The position numbers were made by a program, and so were the translations under genes. Shown here in pieces: positions 8,156-15,244 of a DNA stretch of 25,894 nt (positions within the stretch are counted from its first letter, which is position 1; every line of letters begins with the position of its first letter). Origin of the DNA: a virus (lineage: Duplodnaviria; Caudoviricetes); the IMG/VR virus record IMGVR_UViG_3300037463_000010, positions 1 through 25,894 of that record; one strand, 5' to 3'. The notes beneath the pieces were generated by a model. That model was not told the DNA's origin, did not search any database, and saw nothing but the letters and a program-made list of their open reading frames with translations.

Positions 8156-8571
8156 TAGTCCTGCACCTCTCCGACCGTTCGCGGCCCGACGCCGCCGGCC
8201 TCCAGGTATCGCCTCTCCACCGCCCGCGCCACCCACTCGTGGAACCATCGATGCGGGACGCCTGCCAAGTGCGGGCCGTTCAGATCCTCGTATCGCTCGC
8301 TGAACAGGAGGGCGTGGGCCAGCTCGTGAAGGACGACGGCGGGCTTCTGAACGTCCGGCACGGATTTGTTGACAAAGATGCTTGTGCCGGTGTGGAAGTC
8401 GCCTTCCATTACCCCTTTGATACTCTCGGGGAACCGCACGATAAGCGGCACTCCCGAAAACCGTTCCGCAATGCGCCCGGCCTCGTGACAGGTGAGCGGT
8501 CCTGTGATTCCCAAATCGCTTATGATGCGGGAGGCGGCCCGCTCGACCGCCTCCCTGACCTGCGGGGTCAC
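8155..8571 (-). CDS. ImmA/IrrE family zinc metallopeptidase
   Basis: IFVNKS...VVLHELAHALL plus a downstream Glu (HEWVA); GTG start at 8571 overlaps the upstream TGA. Confidence 0.85.
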   Translation of the reverse strand: MTPQVREAVERAASRIISDLGITGPLTCHEAGRIAERFSGVPLIVRFPESIKGVMEGDFHTGTSIFVNKSVPDVQKPAVVLHELAHALLFSERYEDLNGPHLAGVPHRWFHEWVARAVERRYLEAGGVGPRTVGEVQD

Positions 8572-8837
8572 GCCGCCACCTTCCGCGCCGGCCGCACGCC
8601 GCTCCCGTCGCACACCCAGCAGGTGCAGTCTTCCTGCCAATTGCGGTCGATGCCGGAGCCGTTGCACACGAGGCACTTCTCAGCGCTCCGCGACTCCTCC
8701 TGCGACTTCCACTGACGGAAGCAGGCGGTGCAGCATCCGTAGATGAACGCCTCTTCGGAGAAGCGGAGGATAGCCCCGCAGGAGCACTGCCCCTTGTTGT
8801 TCTTCGTCGGGCGGGCGGTCAGAATAGTTGAAACCAT
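8568..8837 (-). CDS. Small Cys-rich zinc-finger protein with DnaJ-like CxxCxGxG pair
   Basis: CSCG, CCTAC, CLVCNGSG, CWVCDGSG; GGAGAGG RBS. Confidence 0.8.
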   Translation of the reverse strand: MVSTILTARPTKNNKGQCSCGAILRFSEEAFIYGCCTACFRQWKSQEESRSAEKCLVCNGSGIDRNWQEDCTCWVCDGSGVRPARKVAA

Positions 8838-8946
8838 GAACCTCTCCCTGTTCGTAGAGAGGGGTGAGCGGGCTTTCCAGTTTGCTCACCCCGGCCCGGT
8901 TCCTATTGCAAGTAGGGACCGGGCCATCTGTTTGTTCGACACCTAT

Positions 8947-9025
8947 ATACTAGCACGAAAGCCTTACAAGTGGAATACTTCATGCTAGGTATTTTGGACA
9001 TTGTTAAGGCTTTTTCTGCTATACT
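8947..9025. promoter_or_regulatory. Divergent extended -10 promoters in a quasi-palindrome
   Basis: TGC-TATACT (+, 9017-9025) and TGC-TAGTAT (-, 8947-8955), each preceded by TAAGGCTTT. Confidence 0.65.
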
Positions 9026-9031
9026 CCAATC

Positions 9032-9256
9032 ATGGAGACACCGGACGACCTGATGACAATTGCCGAAGCCGCCGAACTGCTGGGCGTTCACCGGCAGACG
9101 GTCTACACTGCCATTCGGGAGGGGCGAATGGAATCTATCAAGCGATACGGCAAAGCCCTAGTCTCTCGGTCCGAAGTGGACGCGTATCAGCGACGAACGA
9201 GGCCCGGCGGGGTAAAGCCGCGCGGACGCCCTAGAAGCACAAAGAAGGAACTCTAG
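9032..9256 (+). CDS. Excisionase-like (HTH_17/MerR-type) DNA-binding protein with C-terminal AT-hook
   Basis: DLMTIAEAAELLGVHRQTVYTAIREGRM...; KPRGRPR; probably leaderless. Confidence 0.9.
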   Translation: METPDDLMTIAEAAELLGVHRQTVYTAIREGRMESIKRYGKALVSRSEVDAYQRRTRPGGVKPRGRPRSTKKEL

Positions 9257-9258
9257 CC

Positions 9259-9528
9259 ATGTGGATTTACTCGAAGACAGCGCAGAACGGCTCCCGAACG
9301 CTGTTCCATGCGGAACAACCCGTATCTATCACCGTCGAGCAGGACGTGAGTTGGTGGACGCTCACTCGCACCTACAAGGTTGACAGAGGTCTCGGGCACA
9401 TCGTGGTGATGGGCCGTTACGAGCAAAAAGAAGAAGCGCGGGAGGCTCAGGCATACACCGCGCAACTTCTCAAAGCGTGGGATATGGAGGCGCAGGGTCC
9501 GCCGAAGAAGGACAATACACAAGAGTAA
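9259..9528 (+). CDS. Hypothetical protein (89 aa)
   Basis: AAGGA RBS; starts 2 nt after the HTH gene stop. Confidence 0.75.
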   Translation: MWIYSKTAQNGSRTLFHAEQPVSITVEQDVSWWTLTRTYKVDRGLGHIVVMGRYEQKEEAREAQAYTAQLLKAWDMEAQGPPKKDNTQE

Positions 9529-9566
9529 GCGAAACGAGCCTCTATCTCAAATGGAGGCTCGTAAGG

Positions 9567-10094
9567 ATGCGAAACCCCCTCGCAATTGCCGCTATTGTGG
9601 CGACCCTAGTTGTTGCTGTGCTCGTCATTGGCCGGATTCGCACGGTATCGCAGAACCCGGCCGCCACGCCGTCTCAAAAGTATCTTGCTCAGATCGCCTC
9701 CATCGAGCGGCAGCGTACCTTGCTGACGAAGCAGGAACTCGCAGAAGCCATTGCCGGTAATCGCTCAGCATCCAACGGGTCTCAGTGGGAGAACCTAAAG
9801 ACAACCGTGAGCGGCACTACACCACCGCGTGAGTGTGCTCTGTTCCATGAACGGTATGCCAGTCTCATAGAGATCAGCGCAAACAGTAGCGCTGAACTTC
9901 ACCAGGGCATGAAGCATATGCGGGGCACATCACCCGACAGGGATAATGGCCGCGCTTTTGCGTCAAGTATGGCGAGCCTCGGGACTAGCATGGGGCTGGA
10001 AGCCGCAGAAGAGGCTGCGGACGGGACGCTGGCAGACCTATGTCGCGACTTAGGAATACCGAAGCCGTTCATGATAAGCAGCAACGGCCCCTAG
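9567..10094 (+). CDS. Membrane-anchored/secreted helical protein (moron-like)
   Basis: GGAGG upstream of ATG 9567; N-terminal hydrophobic helix LAIAAIVATLVVAVLVI; convergent with the tape measure. Confidence 0.75.
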   Translation: MRNPLAIAAIVATLVVAVLVIGRIRTVSQNPAATPSQKYLAQIASIERQRTLLTKQELAEAIAGNRSASNGSQWENLKTTVSGTTPPRECALFHERYASLIEISANSSAELHQGMKHMRGTSPDRDNGRAFASSMASLGTSMGLEAAEEAADGTLADLCRDLGIPKPFMISSNGP

Positions 10095-10119
10095 AACCCT
10101 CCACGATCCCTATCTTCCA

Positions 10120-11448
10120 TCATGCGGTACTTGTTGTATTGCTCCGCGAACCACATGGAGAGCGGGTCTGTTGCCTCCAGCTTGATCGTGCGAGTTGCTC
10201 CCGCGTAACGGGCGCGCGCATATTCGGTTGGGGTATCTTGCCCAAGTCGCCTCCACCGAGGGCATATCGCTTGAAGTCGATCTTCTCAGCCGCATTCGCA
10301 GCGCGGCGGGTATTCGCCTCGATCTGCTTTTGGAGCTCCAGGTTCTTGTCGTCCGGCGACCACGCCCCTGTTCCCGCAACTGTGCCCCCTGCCGTTGCGC
10401 CAGGCTTTGCATCAGTGTGAAGCCACTTATTGAAGTTCTTCAGCCTCTCGCCTCGGTTGGCCTCCATATCCCCGGCCATCCAATTGAGGCCGACACCCAG
10501 CGCGAGGAACTTCACGGCAGTCATGTACTGCCTGAGTGCACCCGCGATCACGCCTGCAACTATGGCCCATGCGCTAGCAAGCTCTAACGTCCGCTGAGTA
10601 AAGTCGTAGGTGGCAACGCCCATTTGTGACATCCACCGGAGAAACGCGCTCTCCGACTGGAAGGTATCAAGCCATTTGGTTAGCCTCTCTACTTGCGGGA
10701 GTAGGGCTTTCGCCAGTACATTCCCGGCCTGCTCACTGAAGCGGGTCCATGCGCTACCGAGAGACGCGAGGCGGCTGTTGGTTGTGCTTGCCATGCGGGA
10801 CAAAATGCCGCCGTACTTCGTGCCGATGATCCGCTCCAGGGCGTTCAGCGTGTCTTTCGCGGAACTGAGGAGCTTTCCATCGCCGTCGAACTTGATTCCC
10901 TGCCGCATGAACTGCTGCTTGTTCAGCCCAAACCCGGACATAGCCTCCATGTCTGGGAAATCGCCCTGAGCAAGCCGCCCGAACAGGCCCGCGGCCTCCA
11001 TCACGTTCTTGTCCGGCCGGACGGCGTTCAAAGTGGCAACCAGCGGCAGGACGCGCTCAACGTTAAGCCCGAACGCCTCCACCATCTGCCCCGCGGTGCG
11101 GAGGGCTGTCAGTCCGGCCGGGGAGACAATATCCAGCTTCTCGATGAAGGCGATCTTCCGCGCCGCAACTTCCGCGGAGCCGCCCAGCACTTCCATCGTC
11201 ACCCGGAACTGCTCCGCATCCGCAGACGCCCGCACGAAGTCCGACCCCACCTTGACGAGTCCGCCAACGCTCGCCAGCCCCATCACCTGCCCGATGGGAC
11301 TCGCGATGCCGCTGAGGACGGAGCGGCCCGCCATTGCTGCCGTCCGGCTGAACCCTTCGGTAGCACGATCCATGCCCTTCAGGGCGGAGACATATGCCTC
11401 CGCCCCAACGACCTTTACCCGCGATATGAGTTCCTGAACGACGCCCAT
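10120..11448 (-). CDS. Tape measure protein (C-terminus probably frameshifted; ancestral end at 10091)
   Basis: Ala/Gly-rich helical protein after the chaperone, with tape-measure-like motifs (EQFRVTMEVLGGSAEVA; KYGGILSRMASTTNSRLASLGSAW); ATG 11448 in a TAATG overlap. Confidence 0.9.
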   Translation of the reverse strand: MGVVQELISRVKVVGAEAYVSALKGMDRATEGFSRTAAMAGRSVLSGIASPIGQVMGLASVGGLVKVGSDFVRASADAEQFRVTMEVLGGSAEVAARKIAFIEKLDIVSPAGLTALRTAGQMVEAFGLNVERVLPLVATLNAVRPDKNVMEAAGLFGRLAQGDFPDMEAMSGFGLNKQQFMRQGIKFDGDGKLLSSAKDTLNALERIIGTKYGGILSRMASTTNSRLASLGSAWTRFSEQAGNVLAKALLPQVERLTKWLDTFQSESAFLRWMSQMGVATYDFTQRTLELASAWAIVAGVIAGALRQYMTAVKFLALGVGLNWMAGDMEANRGERLKNFNKWLHTDAKPGATAGGTVAGTGAWSPDDKNLELQKQIEANTRRAANAAEKIDFKRYALGGGDLGKIPQPNMRAPVTREQLARSSWRQQTRSPCGSRSNTTSTA

Positions 11449-11630
11449 TAGCGAATACCCTGCGATGCCTTCCACTCCTCATACTCCCGCTGTTCCACGA
11501 GCCCGAGGGCTATGAAGTCGCGGCAGTAGGCGAGCTGGTCGTCCGTCAGTTCTTCGGGGTGGCGGTGGTAGATGTCACGGGCGACGGTGACGTAGTTTCT
11601 CCAGAGGATGTCGCCCCGAAGCCTTCCCCC
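11448..11630 (-). CDS. Tail assembly chaperone -1 frameshift extension (gpGT-like)
   Basis: The -1 frame after GGGGGAA reads RLRGDILWRNYVTVARDIYHRHPEELTDDQL...GIR*; its stop overlaps the tape-measure ATG. Confidence 0.8.
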   Translation of the reverse strand, partial: GGRLRGDILWRNYVTVARDIYHRHPEELTDDQLAYCRDFIALGLVEQREYEEWKASQGIR

Positions 11631-12025
11631 GCTTCGTCAAGCTCCGCCGCCTCTGACTCGGCCACGGTAGAACCGATGCGGTCCACGATGATGCCATGCA
11701 GGAACGGGATAAGCGCCCCGCACTCCGCGGCCATCTGTAGGGCGGCCGGCTGCGTGATCTCCGGCTCGACGGCCAGTTCGCTCACCCAGAACGCCTGAAT
11801 GGCGACTTCCTTCGTCTCCGGCTGGAACGGCTTCCAATCCTCCGGCACGCGGCCGCCTGTCGCCATCTTCGCGAACCGCTCGCCTTTCTGACGGAGCTTG
11901 ATGTACTCGTCCGCGTTCTTCGGGAACCGGAACGTCAGCTTCTCGCCGCCCTCCAGGTGAATAGCGAACGTGCGGTCCTGCTCCTGCCGGAACTTCTCAA
12001 TGAGCCCCGCGGCTGTCACTCCCAT
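11546..12025 (-). CDS. Tail assembly chaperone (gpG-like)
   Basis: Lies between tube and tape measure; GGAGG RBS; low-complexity S/T tail after the slippery site. Confidence 0.85.
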   Translation of the reverse strand: MGVTAAGLIEKFRQEQDRTFAIHLEGGEKLTFRFPKNADEYIKLRQKGERFAKMATGGRVPEDWKPFQPETKEVAIQAFWVSELAVEPEITQPAALQMAAECGALIPFLHGIIVDRIGSTVAESEAAELDEAGEGFGATSSGETTSPSPVTSTTATPKN

Positions 12026-12053
12026 GATCTTTTCCTCCCTGTCAGTGCGGCGA

Positions 12054-12440
12054 TTAGGACGGTGCGGTAACGGTCGGCGTGCCCTGGAACTTCAGGGAGA
12101 CGCGCTGCATTTGCAGTCCGTCCCGCTCAATGCGATGGCCTACGGACGAAAGCAGGGCGTTGCCGCCGTAGGTGTTCGCGCCCGTGTTCACGGAGATGGT
12201 CACGACGGCCGTGCCGGTCAGAACTGTCCCCATGAGGGCGGCGACGGAAGCGACCATGATGTTGCCCTCGATGCGGCCCGAGGTGCCCACCGCTACGGGG
12301 AAATCATGGCGATCATTGATGCCCTTGCCCTCGGCGTCCTTCGTCTCTCCGATGATCTCCGCGTCTTGCAGGTCATCGATGTATGTCGTGCCCCCGAGCG
12401 TGAACACCGAAACATCCAACCCGGTCTTTCGATCTGGCAT
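12054..12440 (-). CDS. Major tail tube protein
   Basis: 128 aa, beta-rich; TYGGNALLSSV...VSLKFQGTP; GGAGG RBS; position. Confidence 0.85.
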   Translation of the reverse strand: MPDRKTGLDVSVFTLGGTTYIDDLQDAEIIGETKDAEGKGINDRHDFPVAVGTSGRIEGNIMVASVAALMGTVLTGTAVVTISVNTGANTYGGNALLSSVGHRIERDGLQMQRVSLKFQGTPTVTAPS

Positions 12441-12458
12441 TTCATCCTCCTGAACCGG

Positions 12459-12872
12459 CTAGGCCGGCTCTGCCCATATGCGATACACGCCGCCACGGTG
12501 GACGTAGTGAGCGTCGGTGTCTGCTTCGGGGTACTTGATGGATCTGAGCCGGACACACCCCAGAATGTCCAGGCCGGTCACACTGCCGCGCTGTTGATGC
12601 AGGAGCGCGTCCACGCGGTTCACCACAGGAGCGAGCGGCGCGAAGTCCAGCCCCTCGCCAATGGCCCGCACCGTCACCTCTGCACTGACCGCGGCGCGGC
12701 TACCGTTGACGGCGTTCTCGTCCGCGCTTTCCGCCAACTCAAAGACAATGAGCGGATGCGAGGCCGCCTCCGGCGCCATGTCCTCATAGATGCGGGCGTC
12801 CACCATCCCGGCGAGCGTGGCGTCACCGGAAAGCGTCTCATAGAGCCATTGAGCGATCAGGTCCAGTTCCAT
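12459..12872 (-). CDS. Tail terminator protein (DUF3168-like)
   Basis: LYETLSGDATLAGMVDARIYEDMAPE...PLIVF. Confidence 0.85.
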   Translation of the reverse strand: MELDLIAQWLYETLSGDATLAGMVDARIYEDMAPEAASHPLIVFELAESADENAVNGSRAAVSAEVTVRAIGEGLDFAPLAPVVNRVDALLHQQRGSVTGLDILGCVRLRSIKYPEADTDAHYVHRGGVYRIWAEPA

Positions 12873-13294
12873 TAGCGACCTGCCCCGTCAATGAGCGCCT
12901 TCCGGTAAAGGGCGCCGCACGCCTCCGCGTTTTCGGTGACGGCGGGACGCATGAACGGCCGCGGCTGAACATGCCGGCCGCCGAACTCCAGCACATGCGC
13001 GTATTCCGCCTTCAGCACGATCTGCCGCTCCTTGCCGACTCCCTTGCGCCGGTAGATGCTCTGCACCAGATTGCCGGTGTCATTCGCTGGCGGCTCCCCA
13101 GGCGCGGACGCCTGGTGCGTGCGGCCTTTGCGACGGTATATCCGGCCGGACTTGGGAGGGGATAGAACCTTGTCCTTCGCGGCTCTCACCACGAGGCCCG
13201 CGGCGTCGTCAAGCGCCCGTTCCAGCAGGATGTCGGTGCGCCGGCCGATGGCTGCGAAGCTGCCCCGCACGCTTAACGATATGGAGGCGTTCAT
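12872..13294 (-). CDS. HK97 gp10-like tail completion/neck protein
   Basis: HQASAPGEPPANDTGNLVQSI...YAHVLEFG...PRPFMRPA. Confidence 0.9.
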   Translation of the reverse strand: MNASISLSVRGSFAAIGRRTDILLERALDDAAGLVVRAAKDKVLSPPKSGRIYRRKGRTHQASAPGEPPANDTGNLVQSIYRRKGVGKERQIVLKAEYAHVLEFGGRHVQPRPFMRPAVTENAEACGALYRKALIDGAGR

Positions 13295-13626
13295 CGCGTG
13301 TCCCTCACGTCGATCTGAACCGACTTCTCATAGCGGCGGACCTTGTGAATGTCGTAGGTGACGCCGTTCACCACCGCTCGATAGTCCTTCTCGTTCAGAC
13401 TGTTCAGCGCGGCCGGGTATGGCGCGTAGAACACGATGAACTCGGTCACTTCCAGCACCTGCCCGCCGCCCACGGACTTGTAGCGGTAGGCGTTCGGGCT
13501 CTTGTATCCCATGCGGGCGCGCAGGGCCGTGAGTCCCGCGGCATTGGCCCACGTCGGGGTAAGGCCGCCGCGCCCATTGGACACGTCGGTCTTCGCCTGG
13601 AACGTCACCAGCACGTCTAGGGCCAT
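13291..13626 (-). CDS. Head closure (stopper) protein, SPP1 gp16-like
   Basis: VTFQAKTDVSNGRGG..TW...VNGVTYDIHKV; position. Confidence 0.8.
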   Translation of the reverse strand: MALDVLVTFQAKTDVSNGRGGLTPTWANAAGLTALRARMGYKSPNAYRYKSVGGGQVLEVTEFIVFYAPYPAALNSLNEKDYRAVVNGVTYDIHKVRRYEKSVQIDVRDTR

Positions 13627-14387
13627 GTGCGGTAAACCTCGTCATCAAGCAAGGCCCGAAGTGGCGAGGTTATCGGCACAACGCCATACCGCGCCTCAAC
13701 GCTTCTCCGGTGACCCGCGAGCGCGAACAGGGTGAAACTGTTCCTCACATCCTCGGCCCGGCTCTTGATGGCGGAGACGCGCCTGAGCGCCTCCCATCCG
13801 AGACCCATCCACTCGCTGCGGCTGCTCTTCTCGCCTTCGCCCTGGGCGTACTTCACCGCAACGTCACCCTCCCTGCGCTCCGTGACGCTGCCTTCATGGC
13901 CCGTGCTCGCCGCGTAGAGCCTTGCCGCCGCGAAGAACGAAAGCGCGTCATCGAAGTGGAAGCGGTCCGCCTCGCTCAGGCTCTCATAGGCCATGCCGTC
14001 GTCGCTGTACTCGCTCACGATGGCCGGGACGAGTTGCGCGAGCTGCTGATCTATCACGGCGTCCGGCAGGCTGTCCGCGTCCGTGTTCAGGAGCATCTGC
14101 GAGCGCACACGGCCGTGAACGTCGCCATAGGTCGAGAAGTAGGTCTCGTCCCGGATACGCGTCGAGCCGCCGGTCTGGAACGTCCACCGGAGCGTCACCG
14201 GCCCGCCCACCGCCACCGTGACGTTCGCGCTCATGCGGACCGCCGTCGTCCCGTTGCCACTCAGGGTGACCGTTGGGGAGGCCACCGTGCCGTCCGCGAA
14301 GGTGACGGTGAGCGAGGGCGAGACGAGCGTCAGGGCGTCCGCCGCGCTCTCCGTATGGGTGACCGCCAGTGTCTCTCCAACTATCAT
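13617..14387 (-). CDS. Head-tail adaptor with extra N-terminal beta-sandwich-like domain
   Basis: LPDAVIDQQL...FFAAARL...VTERREGDVAVKY; the first ~85 aa are Thr/Val-rich. Confidence 0.75.
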   Translation of the reverse strand: MIVGETLAVTHTESAADALTLVSPSLTVTFADGTVASPTVTLSGNGTTAVRMSANVTVAVGGPVTLRWTFQTGGSTRIRDETYFSTYGDVHGRVRSQMLLNTDADSLPDAVIDQQLAQLVPAIVSEYSDDGMAYESLSEADRFHFDDALSFFAAARLYAASTGHEGSVTERREGDVAVKYAQGEGEKSSRSEWMGLGWEALRRVSAIKSRAEDVRNSFTLFALAGHRRSVEARYGVVPITSPLRALLDDEVYRTWP

Positions 14388-14536
14388 GCTCGCCCTCCGG
14401 TCAATGGATCCGCCCCGCGCGCCCCTGTGAGGCCCTGTGCGCCGCGGGAGGCCGTCAGGCTGTCACCGCCGCGCCCGCCGCTCACGTTGTTCTCTCCGAG
14501 CCGCGCCTGACGCCTCAGGAAGAAGTAGAGCCACAT
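14384..14536 (-). CDS. 50-aa peptide with 9-residue repeats
   Basis: MWLYFFLRRQARLGENNVSGGRGGDSLTASRGAQGLTGARGADPLTGGRA; GAGG RBS; ATGA overlap with the adaptor start. Confidence 0.7.
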   Translation of the reverse strand: MWLYFFLRRQARLGENNVSGGRGGDSLTASRGAQGLTGARGADPLTGGRA

Positions 14537-14548
14537 GACCTCGCCCTC

Positions 14549-15241
14549 CTACACCAGTCCAATCACGATGAAGGCGTCACCCTCGGCGGGAGCCGCCGGG
14601 AACGGCGAGACGCTGAACGTCCGGGCCGCGCCATCGTAGTCCAGGATCTGACGCGGAACGCCCTTCAGTGGCCCGCTCGTGAAGGACAGGAACGACCCCT
14701 GGTAGATGCCATCCATGTCCGAGAGGCCGCTGTCACCGATGATGCTGGCTGCCGTCGAACCGGCTTCCGTCGCGCCGGTCACGTAGGGCTCCGCGAGGCC
14801 CATGCTCAATCCGCCGATGGCGGCCTCAATGTCCGAGGCCGTGCTGTTCGCCTGCGTGGCCTGCGCCACCGCCGCCGCCGCGCTGGAGGCCGCCGCGGCG
14901 ATGCCCGCATTGTCCGGCGCGGTGTAGCCCGCAGTCGCGAGCCGCGAGGAGACAGTTGCATCGAGCCGGCCGCTATCCCGCGTGAGCATCACGTCGATGT
15001 AGCGGTCCTGGTCCCGCGTGAGGGTTGCGCCCGCGTCGATCTGGCCCGCCGCCTCGCCGTCCACCTCCGCGTCGTAGCTGAACTTGTACTGCCCCTGCCC
15101 AATCTCGCTGATGGCCGGCTGCGCCAGGTTCGCGTTATCCGAGAGCCGCTTCAGGTGGACCCACGTGGGTGCGAGGCCCGTCATGCGTGTGCCGTTGCCG
15201 GAGCTGTCCCGCACGATTATGAGATAGGTGATGCTTGCCAT
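14549..15241 (-). CDS. Putative virion accessory protein (230 aa)
   Basis: Beta-rich N- and C-domains with an Ala-rich helical linker; GAGG RBS. Confidence 0.75.
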   Translation of the reverse strand: MASITYLIIVRDSSGNGTRMTGLAPTWVHLKRLSDNANLAQPAISEIGQGQYKFSYDAEVDGEAAGQIDAGATLTRDQDRYIDVMLTRDSGRLDATVSSRLATAGYTAPDNAGIAAAASSAAAAVAQATQANSTASDIEAAIGGLSMGLAEPYVTGATEAGSTAASIIGDSGLSDMDGIYQGSFLSFTSGPLKGVPRQILDYDGAARTFSVSPFPAAPAEGDAFIVIGLV

Positions 15242-15244
15242 GCG

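Noticed and set aside
11449-11475. Upstream starts from the ORF track (11475, 8676, 8248, 6302, 23899, 20916, 19586)
   Set aside because: Downstream starts have an RBS or stop-start coupling; the longer versions overlap neighbouring genes, promoters or terminators.
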